Source: Candidatus Latescibacterota bacterium (GTDB taxonomy: Bacteria > Latescibacterota > UBA2968). From it: a stretch of 64,000 nt of DNA. The DNA is taken from assembly GCA_965207885.1 (NCBI GenBank), contig OZ242311.1, forward strand, positions 1-64,000, read 5' to 3'. Position numbers and translations under genes: made by a program. The notes beneath the pieces are model-generated. The model made no database searches, was not told the origin of the DNA, and worked only from the letters and a program-made list of their open reading frames with translations. Shown here in pieces: positions 39,670 to 49,618 of this stretch. Position 1 is the stretch's first letter. The number at the start of each line of letters is the position of its first letter.

Positions 39670-39685
39670 ATAGGAGGATAACCCC

Positions 39686-40855
39686 ATGAAAATTGAAGCA
39701 ATCGACTTTCTGATCGTGAAAAGCGAACCCGTAACCCCGGAATGGCGACCATTGCGCACCATGCGGGAATATCCCGGCGCGCACAAAGTGCGATTTGGTC
39801 ATCGGCTCTTTCAAGGCGAGGGGATTCAGCTCACAAAAAGACCGGCTTACCTCACCCTGCTTCGCATCCGCACAGATGCAAACCTGGAAACCTGCGGTAT
39901 TTTTTCCATGGGCTGGGCACAGGAAGACCTCGAATGGGCAGCGCGCACATTCAAAGTACAGTGGGAACCGGAAATCACAGGCACGGACGCCCTGGACCGG
40001 GAGTATATGTGGCACAAAATGTGGATGGCGCGGCGATATTTCCACATGACATCCACCACACCGCTCGCCCTCATCGACTCCCTCCTCTGGGACCTCGCGG
40101 GCCTGCACGCACAATTACCCGTCCACAAATTGCTCGGCGGCTTTCGCAATCGCATCCCCGCCTACCTCACCGAAACCGGCATACCCTACGAAGACACGCT
40201 AAAATCCGCCCAACGGGCTGTTGACGAGGGATACAAAGGCTTCAAAGACCACTCCATGCTCGGCGTGGAAACCAACCTCGCGCTCGCCAAAGACATACGG
40301 GACCTCGTAGGCGACGAAATGGTACTCATGCACGACCCGGTACAACAATACTCTGTCGAAGATGCAATCGTAGTCGGACGCCGACTCGAAGAACTGAATT
40401 ATCTCTGGATCGAAGAACCCCTGCAGGAATTCGACATCAACGGCCTGAAGCGACTCTCAGACGCAATCGACCTTCCAGTAATGGCACTGGAATCCATCCA
40501 GGGCAACCCCTATCTCGCTGCACCGTACCTGTCAATCGGCGCCATCGACATCGTGCGCCAAACAGGACTGGGCATCACGGGACAAATGAAATTGGCCAAC
40601 CTGGCGGAAATGTTTGGACTGAACTGCCACGGAGGAAATCCCCACGTCGTAGCCGCAGTCCGAAACGACGACTGGTGGGAAGTCTCAGCCTGGCCACCCA
40701 CGGGCGCAGACAGATCCCTCGCGTCGGCATTTGCTGGCTTAATCGAAGAAACGACCGAAGTACGAGACGGCTACATGTACGTACCGCAAACGCCCGGACT
40801 CGGGCGAAAAGTCGACTGGGACCGAATCCAGGCGCAGACCGTGATGGAGATTTGA
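39686..40855 (+). CDS. Mandelate racemase/muconate lactonizing enzyme family protein
   Basis: 'D..LWDLAG', KDH, LMHD, WIEEP, PGLG. Confidence 0.88.
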   Translation: MKIEAIDFLIVKSEPVTPEWRPLRTMREYPGAHKVRFGHRLFQGEGIQLTKRPAYLTLLRIRTDANLETCGIFSMGWAQEDLEWAARTFKVQWEPEITGTDALDREYMWHKMWMARRYFHMTSTTPLALIDSLLWDLAGLHAQLPVHKLLGGFRNRIPAYLTETGIPYEDTLKSAQRAVDEGYKGFKDHSMLGVETNLALAKDIRDLVGDEMVLMHDPVQQYSVEDAIVVGRRLEELNYLWIEEPLQEFDINGLKRLSDAIDLPVMALESIQGNPYLAAPYLSIGAIDIVRQTGLGITGQMKLANLAEMFGLNCHGGNPHVVAAVRNDDWWEVSAWPPTGADRSLASAFAGLIEETTEVRDGYMYVPQTPGLGRKVDWDRIQAQTVMEI

Positions 40856-40891
40856 GCGGAGCGCAATATCGTCCGTCAAATTAAAGAAACC

Positions 40892-40929
40892 AAAAAAGCC
40901 TCGTTGGTCAAATTGCCAACGAGGCTTTT
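40892..40929. terminator. Bidirectional intrinsic terminator
   Basis: AAAAAAGCCTCGTTGG...CCAACGAGGCTTTT. Confidence 0.85.
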
Positions 40930-40932
40930 GAA

Positions 40933-41181
40933 GGAACATATCTTTCAAAATATCCCTCATCCACCGCTCAAAATATACACTCTCACCGCCAACGCTTGCA
41001 CTCCTCCATCTCCGCTTCAACAGGCGATCCACAAATTCAAGTTGTAAACAAGACCGCAATACTACATATTGAAGGCATAATGAGATGCATGAACTTCTTT
41101 TGAACCTTTTTATCACTCAATTTTGTGATAATCGCATTTTTGGCCTGATATTTGCTTGAGTTCTGACTGTTGTGTGTGTCC
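40933..41181 (+). promoter_or_regulatory. Conserved upstream module with sigma54-type promoter (copy B)
   Basis: TGGCCTGATATTTGCT (GG-N10-GC at 41142-41155); homologous to 20976-21206. Confidence 0.65.
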
Positions 41182-41224
41182 AAAAAACGGATAGCCTGGT
41201 TTGGAAGTAACAAAAGGAGAATGT

Positions 41225-41494
41225 GTGAACGAAACTACAGAATTGAGAGACCGGCAAGGCCAACACGCGGAACGTCTGATCAGATTGGAAACGCTAATTG
41301 AACAGAACCAGGAACGTGTGAACCGCTATGAGGAAGACCAGAGGGCTTTTGTAAACCGCTATGAGGAAGACCAAAGGGCTTTTGTAAGCCGTTATGAGGA
41401 AGACCAGAGGGAAGCACGAAGCTGGCAAAAGTGGACTGTCACCCTCATGTGCGGCAGTTGGATTACGCTCATGGCGGCTATCTTTTTGAAGTAA
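41225..41494 (+). CDS. Small coiled-coil protein with C-terminal TM helix (3 x 11-aa repeat)
   Basis: AAGGAG RBS and GTG start; (VNRYEEDQRAF)n; 'WTVTLMCGSWITLMAAIFLK'. Confidence 0.75.
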   Translation: MNETTELRDRQGQHAERLIRLETLIEQNQERVNRYEEDQRAFVNRYEEDQRAFVSRYEEDQREARSWQKWTVTLMCGSWITLMAAIFLK

Positions 41495-41505
41495 AAGGAG
41501 AATGC

Positions 41506-41742
41506 GTGAACGAAACTACAGAATTAAGAGACCGGCAAAGCCAACACGCGGAACGTCTGATCAGGTTGGAAACGCTAATTGAACAGAACCAGGAACGTGT
41601 GAACCGTTATGAAGAAGACCAAAGGTCTTTTGTAAGCCGCTATGAGGAAGACCAGAGGGAAGCGCGAAGCTGGCAAAAGTGGACTGTCACCCTTATGTGT
41701 GGCAGTTGGATTACGCTCATGATGGCTATTTTGTTGAAGTAA
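41506..41742 (+). CDS. Tandem paralog (2 x 11-aa repeat)
   Basis: Near-identical duplicate including the RBS, one 33-bp unit shorter. Confidence 0.75.
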   Translation: MNETTELRDRQSQHAERLIRLETLIEQNQERVNRYEEDQRSFVSRYEEDQREARSWQKWTVTLMCGSWITLMMAILLK

Positions 41743-41766
41743 AAGAAAGATTGTAACTGATGTTTC

Positions 41767-41964
41767 TCATTCTTCGATTAAGTCATAAGAAGAATAATTT
41801 CGCTGACCGTTTTGAAAATCCTTCAGTGCCTTTCGGAGATGCATAGCGTTATTTGGCGAGGTGAGCAGGTAGTCCGTCTCGTCAGGCTCAAATTTGCTCT
41901 TAGGATCAAGTCGAACAGTAGAGCAATCGGGGGGTTTGTCTCTGTGAATCGTGTTTTCGTCCAT
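41767..41964 (-). CDS. YefM/Phd-like antitoxin (C-terminal part recognisable; orphan)
   Basis: 'ETDYLLTSPNNAMHLRKAL'. Confidence 0.6.
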   Translation of the reverse strand: MDENTIHRDKPPDCSTVRLDPKSKFEPDETDYLLTSPNNAMHLRKALKDFQNGQRNYSSYDLIEE

Positions 41965-41965
41965 T

Positions 41966-43420
41966 TCAGCCCCCTTTGTTGTTCACCGTATTTATAATTA
42001 TTTTTTCAAAATTCTTAAAAAACGTATCACAGTGCTCTTTCATATCGTTGTTAAATTGGTGATGCTTGTCATTCTTGTCATTCTTGTCATTTGGTATTGG
42101 CAAAAATACCACATAAAAAGGAATTTCTTTGCCCTGCTGACGTAGAACATAGGGAGGAATCGGTCCACCTGATTTTCTCAACTGATCATCAAGCATTGGG
42201 TAAATAAATCCACATCCCTTAATAGGGCGATCATTTCCGTATTGCCCAATATAGGTATGCAACTGGAAAAGGTCCTCACGCTTTACGCCATATCGATGGT
42301 CGTATGTTTTGTATTTGACATCAAAAACATAAAAGCCACCATTACTTTCAAAAACTATATCTGGTTCAAGCCTGCGAGTGTAGTCTTCAAAGGAGCCTGT
42401 AGGAATCTCAGGTATTCTTTCGGACTTACTCAGTAACGGTATCCCACCTCTTATAAGTAGCTTTCGGATGAAATATTCAAACAGCATGGAGACATCAAAC
42501 AAGAAGGCACTGGTGTCTTTTTCTTCGCCAAAGCTCAATCCCCCACGTTGAATAACCCGCTTCGAAAGATCAATCAACACATTGTAATCGCTATAAAATG
42601 GATTAGAAAAAGGTCTCGTATTCAGAATTTCTTGTCTGGACCTTTTGAAACCCTGATTGGCAGCTACGAATGAATTGTAAATATTTCGAGACTCATAGCA
42701 AAAAGGATTGTCTTTAACCGTTTCGTAGGCTTCAATAAATAAAGAAACCGCTGGACTATTATAGCTGTGCTCTCTGTATGAACACAGATACTTGCCAGAT
42801 GTTTTGTTCTGAAAGAAATCAACCGGGTCTATATAGCCCCTTACCTTTGAGGTCCGTTCATCCCTGGTTATGTAGGCTTTGGGAAGTCCCAGCCGATAAG
42901 CGCGTTTGAATTTTATATTCCAGAGATACGCCAAAAGCCATTCATAATCATCAACATCGCTCTCGCCGCCAACATTTTTTAACTCAAGAAAACCATCTGC
43001 ATCCGCAATGATATACTGCAAAAAACGGTTTCCAAAACGCGAGCTTATTTTGAGTGCATAATCTCCTCTTTTTACAAAACCTATCAAATTGCCCGTGTCC
43101 AGGGTGAAATTCGTTGCGGTACCACTTACACTGATAAATCCATCATCTGTATTATGCTCATACTCTTCATTATTGAACAAAACGAGAGCATCTGATCGTT
43201 TATTTTTGTCTTGCAGGACCACTTCAATATCACGAGATATTGAAGTGATAAAATTCCAAATCTTGTCTTCATAATGTTCGGGCTTTGTCCGCCTACCAGG
43301 CCGCGCGTCAAATGTAATTCCTCCACCATCCAGCCGGTGATTTTGGACTTTTCGATCAGAAAATAGGTAATTTTGATTATCTACCAGATATCCATCTTTT
43401 ATGAAGTGGAATAAACGCAT
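41966..43420 (-). CDS. mcrC: McrC-family restriction endonuclease subunit
   Basis: 'FLFDVSMLFEYFI', 'LEPDIV', 'FDVKYK', 'REDLFQLHTY'; downstream of mcrB. Confidence 0.88.
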   Translation of the reverse strand: MRLFHFIKDGYLVDNQNYLFSDRKVQNHRLDGGGITFDARPGRRTKPEHYEDKIWNFITSISRDIEVVLQDKNKRSDALVLFNNEEYEHNTDDGFISVSGTATNFTLDTGNLIGFVKRGDYALKISSRFGNRFLQYIIADADGFLELKNVGGESDVDDYEWLLAYLWNIKFKRAYRLGLPKAYITRDERTSKVRGYIDPVDFFQNKTSGKYLCSYREHSYNSPAVSLFIEAYETVKDNPFCYESRNIYNSFVAANQGFKRSRQEILNTRPFSNPFYSDYNVLIDLSKRVIQRGGLSFGEEKDTSAFLFDVSMLFEYFIRKLLIRGGIPLLSKSERIPEIPTGSFEDYTRRLEPDIVFESNGGFYVFDVKYKTYDHRYGVKREDLFQLHTYIGQYGNDRPIKGCGFIYPMLDDQLRKSGGPIPPYVLRQQGKEIPFYVVFLPIPNDKNDKNDKHHQFNNDMKEHCDTFFKNFEKIIINTVNNKGG

Positions 43421-43430
43421 CGTTTATATT

Positions 43431-45110
43431 TTACACTCCAAATGCTTTTCCAAAAGCCCCTATCAATTCTTCGCCGCGACCCGTCCCTCGCAAATACTCC
43501 TGTAACAAGGGGTGAATGTGATCATCCCAAATTTGTTTACGGACCTCAGAGATTGACAAACTGGACGGATATTTCAGATTCATCAAATAAGCGTGACCGA
43601 TTTGATAATCAGATCCAAGCAACGCTTCGCTCTTGATTTGCTTATTCAGATTTTCAAGATTATCGGCTAATTCAGTCCATTTTCTATGATGCTCATTGAG
43701 ATGGTATTTAAGATGGTCTTTAAGTAATGTATAATCTGGCATTATCTCTTCCCACCTGAACCTTCTACGGAGAGCCAGATCAAAGCTTTCAACGCTCCGG
43801 TCAATGGTATTCATAGTTCCAATCAGGTAAACATTGGATGGAATAAAAAATTTGTATCCCTGACTCTTATCACGAAACATGCCTGTCTTCGGGTCATTCA
43901 AGTTGGCATATTGAGTTTTGATACATCCTTCTTTAACACCGCGATATTCCAGGCAATACATCAATTCACCAAATACACGGGATAGATCTGCTCTGTTGAT
44001 TTCATCAATGATAAAAAAGAATGGCGGCACCGCATCAGCTACGCGTCTGTCAGCTACACATACACGTCTGGAGGAGTCCTGACGTTTAAAAATATGCTCC
44101 CAACGGGAGGCTGGAAGTTTGCGTTCATACTGCTTAAGCTCTCCGATAGTGATTTCCTCCCAATCCTTATCAAGCCCAAGTTTATAGACATCAATTTCCC
44201 ATTTACCCGCTTTTCGGCAGAACTCTTTGAATACGCCATTTTGTAGCGTGAGTTGAGCCTCACCATTATGATCTAAGATGGGACGTAACCCTTCCATAAA
44301 ATCCTCATAACCAAATGAGGGATGAAACTGAACGACCTCTCTTTGTGTGTCAATTGTATAGTCGTCATTTTCTGGTGCAAACTTCTCTTTCCAAATATTA
44401 AAATACGATTCTGTTTGCTGACGGGCTAAATATGTTTTTCCAGTACCCGGAGGACCGTATTTGACAACTTGTTTATTCTGTTTAAATGGATTGGATAAAT
44501 TCTCGTATAAGTCCCAAACGAACATACTCAAGTAGAAGTCATCTGTTTCCTCATCTCTGAGCTCATCTTGAAATTCTTCTTTTAATTTGCAAAGCAAAAA
44601 TTGATTTTTTGTAAACCAGCCCTGGTCTTGATCCTGATAGTCAGGGATTATTTCTTCTCTAATTAACCAATTGAAGACCTCATTAAATCTATCGATATCA
44701 ACAGTCGTGGATACCTCACGAGTGCATGCTGCTGCCACTCGATTCACCAAAACAGGGTTTCTCCCTTTCCCTTGTTTTTCCCATGCATCCTGGAATTTTT
44801 TAAACGATTCTTGAGTTGGAGAAACGATAAACTCACTGAGAGTTGATAAGAAATCTTCATTTCTTATAAATGCCTGGAAATTGTCTTTGCTCAAGATAGA
44901 TTGACCATTGTTAGCAATATCATTATTTGGCTTTCGCAATAATCTATCAAGAAATTCTTGGTCGTTTTCATTCAGTTCTTGACCGTTTTGAATACGCCGT
45001 CGCATTTCTCCTACTTCATCACAAAATTCCTTATAGGAATCATGCCACCCTCGCACTATGTGTTTACGGTTATCAACAAGATCTTTATAAAGATTCTTAA
45101 GCCTGCTCAT
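43431..45110 (-). CDS. mcrB: McrB-family AAA+ GTPase
   Basis: GPPGTGKT, QFHPSFGYEDF, IIDEINR, MNTIDRS, ALRRRF, IGHAY; low GC. Confidence 0.92.
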   Translation of the reverse strand: MSRLKNLYKDLVDNRKHIVRGWHDSYKEFCDEVGEMRRRIQNGQELNENDQEFLDRLLRKPNNDIANNGQSILSKDNFQAFIRNEDFLSTLSEFIVSPTQESFKKFQDAWEKQGKGRNPVLVNRVAAACTREVSTTVDIDRFNEVFNWLIREEIIPDYQDQDQGWFTKNQFLLCKLKEEFQDELRDEETDDFYLSMFVWDLYENLSNPFKQNKQVVKYGPPGTGKTYLARQQTESYFNIWKEKFAPENDDYTIDTQREVVQFHPSFGYEDFMEGLRPILDHNGEAQLTLQNGVFKEFCRKAGKWEIDVYKLGLDKDWEEITIGELKQYERKLPASRWEHIFKRQDSSRRVCVADRRVADAVPPFFFIIDEINRADLSRVFGELMYCLEYRGVKEGCIKTQYANLNDPKTGMFRDKSQGYKFFIPSNVYLIGTMNTIDRSVESFDLALRRRFRWEEIMPDYTLLKDHLKYHLNEHHRKWTELADNLENLNKQIKSEALLGSDYQIGHAYLMNLKYPSSLSISEVRKQIWDDHIHPLLQEYLRGTGRGEELIGAFGKAFGV

Positions 45111-45142
45111 TTTTGTTCTTCTCAGCTATATTTAGAGATTCT

Positions 45143-46261
45143 CTACCCCAACCATCGCTTTCGGGGAAACCGCGCATATACGTACTGACTGTCGTACGTA
45201 TTGTCCTCCGCATAGGACGAACGCCCACCCAGCAACTCGCACGCATATCTCTCGATCTCTTCATCCACCAGATCAACACCCAAGCCTGGACCCTCGGGAA
45301 TCGCGATATAACTATCGACCACCTCGGGTTGCGGAGCCATCACCTCATACCGCGCCTGAACATCGCCCGTTCGGTGCTCCCAGATCAAGAAATTTGGCAG
45401 CGTCGCACACAAATGGATAGACGCGATCTCCCCCACCGGACCCAGCGACCCATCGTGCGGCGCAAACTGGATATAGTGTGCCTCGGCCATACCCGCGAGC
45501 TTCTTCATCTGAGCCAGACCCCCGAACCGCCCAGCATCCGGCTGAATAACATCCACAATCTCGCGCTCAATAAGCTCCCGAGCACCGAAGACATAGGCGA
45601 CTCGTTCCCCGGCAGCAAGGGGGATATTGATCGCTTCGGACACGCGCGCAAGCGCCTCCACATTCTCGGGCGCGACCGGTTCCTCGTAAAAAAACACCCC
45701 GAACTCTTCAAGTCTGCGACCCATAGAAATCGCATCGCGCGTCGTCATCCACGGCATACCGTGCAAATCGACCATAATATCGATATCGTCCCCTACCTCA
45801 TTGCGTATCGCCGTAATATCGCGGATACAGTGCTCAATCCCCCCCATCTTGAGACCGGTAAAGCCCTGATCCACGAGTTCCCTGGCGCAATCGGCCGTAT
45901 TCGCGTGCGTGTACACCCGCAACCGCTCGCGCATCCGACCGCCCAGCAATTGCCAGACCGGCATATTAAACGCCTTCCCCTTAATATCCCACAGCGCCGT
46001 CTCAATCGCCGAAATCGCACCCGCACCCACAATGCCCGACATCCCGTGGGTTTGCAAAAACATCTTGCTCCACAACCGCTCGATATTAAAGGGATCCTCA
46101 CCAATAATCAAGCTCGCCTTGTGGTGAATCTCCGTCTGAATACTCGGCCATGCAGTCGCCTCTCCCACACCATAGATTCCCTCATCCGTAAAAACCCTGC
46201 AAAACAAAAAATTTCTGCCATCCTGCCCAGCAGTATAGGTCTTAACATCCGTAATCTTCAT
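45143..46261 (-). CDS. Galactonate dehydratase-like enolase superfamily protein
   Basis: 'TDEGIYGVGEA', 'ALWDIKGK', DLH, EEP, GER, QPD, APH. Confidence 0.88.
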   Translation of the reverse strand: MKITDVKTYTAGQDGRNFLFCRVFTDEGIYGVGEATAWPSIQTEIHHKASLIIGEDPFNIERLWSKMFLQTHGMSGIVGAGAISAIETALWDIKGKAFNMPVWQLLGGRMRERLRVYTHANTADCARELVDQGFTGLKMGGIEHCIRDITAIRNEVGDDIDIMVDLHGMPWMTTRDAISMGRRLEEFGVFFYEEPVAPENVEALARVSEAINIPLAAGERVAYVFGARELIEREIVDVIQPDAGRFGGLAQMKKLAGMAEAHYIQFAPHDGSLGPVGEIASIHLCATLPNFLIWEHRTGDVQARYEVMAPQPEVVDSYIAIPEGPGLGVDLVDEEIERYACELLGGRSSYAEDNTYDSQYVYARFPRKRWLG

Positions 46262-46276
46262 TCTCTCACCCCGCGA

Positions 46277-48283
46277 TCATGGATCGCAATGAATCTCGTG
46301 CCCCTCTCCGGGAAACCAGAAAACATCGACAAAAACACCCAGAAAAACACCTGCGATATAGCCCATAATCATACCCAGGAAAAAGGGCGCATAGCGCCGA
46401 TAGCGCTCCAAACCGCCCAACTTCATAATAATCGTCTTCACACCCCACATCAGGAAAATACTAAAAGAATTATCCTGCATCTCGACCATGCCACAGATCG
46501 TAAAACCAATGGGATGGATTGGAAAACCCGGGAAGCGATACCGCAGAAAGTAGAGCGTACCTGTAAAAATGCCGCCAATACCCATAAACAAAAAGCGATT
46601 CCAGTCCGTAAACAGCACATCGCCCTGAATTCGGGACACAGCCAGACGGCTAAAACCCGCCCCATTGAGAGATCCAATCCCCTTAAAAGTCGTCCGGCCA
46701 AAATTGGCACTGCCAATACCGTAATACCCCTGGTATATGACGAATATGATAACCACCGCCGCACCGAGCAAACAGCCGATGAGCACAGTCGGCGCCACGG
46801 CTTTGCGGCTGCGCTTTGCCATCGCCATGCTCAACCGCGGAACATGCGCCATCTGCGTCGTCGCAAACGTCTTCCCATCCGCCACGAGACTCATCGTAAG
46901 CGTCAAAATAGAAGCGCCAGCAGGCCCCATATTCCCAACACCGACGGCATGCCATGTAAACCCCGGCGCCGTGAGAGGCACCCGAAGATAGACCAGACCG
47001 CTCTCCACCACAATGCGGGACATCCCCACAAACAAAACGAGCATCGCAAATGACCATGCGAGAATCGTCTCCGCTCCCATACCCGCGCGCCAAAGCCAGA
47101 GAAAAACAAAACCGCAACACGCCAGCAAAAGCCAGACAGCCGTGCGATAGGACATAATCTCTTCGGAATCATCTACACTTTCATCGCGCAAAAACGCCTT
47201 GCGAAAAATATCTCGAAAATGAGACCGCGCAATCCAGAACCCCCAGCCGACAAAAACGGCCATCCCCCCAAATGTCATCCAGCCAATCGCCGGATGGCTC
47301 GAACTCCACGGATCGTTCGGACCCAAATCCAGGCCAAAGCGGTTGAACAGCCCCACCACACAGATCTGAACCACATGGAAAAACCACAGGCTAAAAAGCA
47401 CCTCCAGCTTGGTAAAATACCCCAGACAAAACGTGAGCAACACAAACGTGGTCACAATACTCGGAAAGCCCGGCGCAACCGAAATCACATTCCGCCCATA
47501 TCGCCCTGCCAAAAACGGAAACATCGGCAAATTGACCGTGAACCACGTAAACACATTCCACGCAATAATGGCAAACGTAAGGCCAAACCCCCATTGAAAC
47601 AGGCGATTGCGCACAAGCGTCCTCAGCGTACCCGTCGTACCCGAAACACCCGTGAGTTCCAGCAGCGCGGTGGCGACCGGAAAAGACAGCCGCTCGTATT
47701 CCATCCACTGTTTCCGCAGCAAAACGCTCAGACACAGGTGAATCGCCAAAATACTCGCAATCAGCGCACCCCACCAGAAAAGCACCGAAAACCACTCGCC
47801 CCACGGAAACGCTGCACCGGGCACTTGCCCCTCGTAAAATCCGCGCACCGCATCGCGGTCGGTAATCGTCGTCCAACTCGGCATGTACGGCAAGAGAAGC
47901 TCATCGAACCGGTTTTCTGGCGACGCGTAATACGCCGGCATCGTCAGCATCTGTAAAAACCACACCGTGAGCCACTCGCCCTGCATAGTAGATGCGACAA
48001 AACCGATACAGCAAACCGTGAGCAATTCCGTCGGAGAAAACCCGATACCGCGCCGCTCGAGAAAAGCGTTCAGAATCAGAAGCCCCACGAAAGGGATGAG
48101 CATCGCCATCGAAAGATGCGAATGATCAGCCCGCGTTGAATTCACCACAAAACTGGTATAGGTCGGCCACAGGGGCATAAGCATGGCCATACCCAGCCCA
48201 ATCAGGAGGGATCGTTTGGTAATAACGGAAGAGCCTTCAGTGGTTTCTGATTTGGGAAGGCGCGGTTTTGGAGATGCGGACAT
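46277..48283 (-). CDS. DUF6785-type polytopic membrane protein (putative transporter)
   Basis: 'YYASPEN', 'LRKQWMEYERLSFP', 'FPIHPIG'; many TM helices; start uncertain. Confidence 0.75.
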   Translation of the reverse strand: MSASPKPRLPKSETTEGSSVITKRSLLIGLGMAMLMPLWPTYTSFVVNSTRADHSHLSMAMLIPFVGLLILNAFLERRGIGFSPTELLTVCCIGFVASTMQGEWLTVWFLQMLTMPAYYASPENRFDELLLPYMPSWTTITDRDAVRGFYEGQVPGAAFPWGEWFSVLFWWGALIASILAIHLCLSVLLRKQWMEYERLSFPVATALLELTGVSGTTGTLRTLVRNRLFQWGFGLTFAIIAWNVFTWFTVNLPMFPFLAGRYGRNVISVAPGFPSIVTTFVLLTFCLGYFTKLEVLFSLWFFHVVQICVVGLFNRFGLDLGPNDPWSSSHPAIGWMTFGGMAVFVGWGFWIARSHFRDIFRKAFLRDESVDDSEEIMSYRTAVWLLLACCGFVFLWLWRAGMGAETILAWSFAMLVLFVGMSRIVVESGLVYLRVPLTAPGFTWHAVGVGNMGPAGASILTLTMSLVADGKTFATTQMAHVPRLSMAMAKRSRKAVAPTVLIGCLLGAAVVIIFVIYQGYYGIGSANFGRTTFKGIGSLNGAGFSRLAVSRIQGDVLFTDWNRFLFMGIGGIFTGTLYFLRYRFPGFPIHPIGFTICGMVEMQDNSFSIFLMWGVKTIIMKLGGLERYRRYAPFFLGMIMGYIAGVFLGVFVDVFWFPGEGHEIHCDP

Positions 48284-48323
48284 AGAATTTGGGATTGATG
48301 GTGGACTGAATAAGGGAATTGCT

Positions 48324-48379
48324 GGGGACGGCACAGGAGCCTGTCCCGTAGTGACTCTATACGGGAACCGTCCCCTACG
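48324..48379 (-). repeat. GTAG-type REP-like element family B, copy 2
   Basis: GGGGACGG...CCGTCCCCTAC outer stem and CCCGTA..TACGGG inner stem. Confidence 0.7.
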
Positions 48380-48380
48380 A

Positions 48381-49364
48381 TTACTCTTCATTAACCGCTT
48401 GCATCAGCGCGTGGATGTATCCATACGTGTACGCAAAACCGACCTGCCTCGATTCGGGACCGGAAATACCCGGAACGTGATCGGGCATAATCATATATTC
48501 ATAGCCGACTTCTTTGAACGTCCGCAAAGCCTTCAGCATATCCACATCGCCCTCATCGGGGAACACCTCGACAAAATTGCCAAGCCCGCCCTTGATATTG
48601 CGGAAATGCACATTGAAAATCTTCTTGCGCTCTCCAAAATAACGGATCACATCATAGGCGTCCGCACTGGGATCTTCCAGGCTCTCGGACATACAGCCCA
48701 GGCAAAAATTCAATCCATTATACGGACTATCGTACAAATCGATAAACTTCTTAAAACCATCCACCATACCGAGCACGCGCGCGACCCCGCGATACGTCGT
48801 CCCATATCCGATACCCGGATCCGAGGGATGACACGCCATCTGAATCTTGTACTCCTCCGCCACGGGCATAATATTCTGAAGCCAGTGATCGATGCGCGCC
48901 CACATCTCGTCTTCATCCGCAGCACCGCCTTCAAACTCGCCCAGAGACTGATCCAACTTGTCGTACTCAAACGACGACAGCCTCGCGCCCCCGCGTCCGT
49001 ATCGCGGCTCTGTCCGCATATGCCCCAAAATCGTGATATTGTAATTAAGCCCGCGCAACCCTGCCTCCGCCGCCATTCTAACCGTCTCGCACATCCGCTC
49101 AATAGCCCGGTCACGCTCGTCGCTTGGACCCAGGAAAATCGCGCCAGCTTCGTTTTGGAAAGCATTGCTTGAACCCAGCGGAATGTGAATCATCTCCAAA
49201 TTAATGCCGTATTTATCATACCGATCGCGCATGGACTTAATCGCATCGGCACTCCACTCCGCCCAGGGTCCCTCTGGTGTTTGATCGACATTAAAAACCC
49301 CGAGTTGCGCGAGAATCTCGATATCCGTGTCGTTCCGACAAGCCACCTGCGTTCCGATATACAT
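48381..49364 (-). CDS. Mannonate dehydratase (UxuA-like) family protein
   Basis: 'PVAEEY..MACHPSDP', 'NGLNFCLG', 'VHFRNI', 'DEGDVDM', 'PDHVP'. Confidence 0.85.
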   Translation of the reverse strand: MYIGTQVACRNDTDIEILAQLGVFNVDQTPEGPWAEWSADAIKSMRDRYDKYGINLEMIHIPLGSSNAFQNEAGAIFLGPSDERDRAIERMCETVRMAAEAGLRGLNYNITILGHMRTEPRYGRGGARLSSFEYDKLDQSLGEFEGGAADEDEMWARIDHWLQNIMPVAEEYKIQMACHPSDPGIGYGTTYRGVARVLGMVDGFKKFIDLYDSPYNGLNFCLGCMSESLEDPSADAYDVIRYFGERKKIFNVHFRNIKGGLGNFVEVFPDEGDVDMLKALRTFKEVGYEYMIMPDHVPGISGPESRQVGFAYTYGYIHALMQAVNEE

Positions 49365-49472
49365 GGTAACCTCCAATTTGTGAAGTTAGAACTGCGATAG
49401 TGCCAAAATACGTTCCGATCCTCTCAATGTCAATGTGTATGATTCGGCTTTTTATTTAAAAAGCTCTGTGAC

Positions 49473-49515
49473 AAAAAAAGCCCCGGAGCAATAAGCTATA
49501 GGGCTTTTATTTTTT
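49473..49515. terminator. Intrinsic terminator
   Basis: AAAAAAAGCCC...GGGCTTTT with flanking A/T runs. Confidence 0.65.
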
Positions 49516-49544
49516 GTAACGATCAGCGGCCAGCTAAAAATTTC

Positions 49545-49578
49545 CAGGCTCGCGGCTCAAAATCCTGCCGCGATGACA
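49545..49578. repeat. REP-like palindrome family A, copy 4
   Basis: TCGCGGC..GCCGCGATGACA, followed by CTTC(A/T/C)(C/T)A heptamers at 49587-49620. Confidence 0.75.
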
Positions 49579-49618
49579 ATCTGCCTCTTCACACTTCTTA
49601 CTTCCCACTTCACACTTC

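Noticed and set aside
45113-47053. 646-aa plus-strand ORF and similar long ORFs (2906, 26333, 48183, 56619, 59901)
   Set aside because: Antisense shadows of well-supported genes; the T-poor plus strand depletes stop codons.
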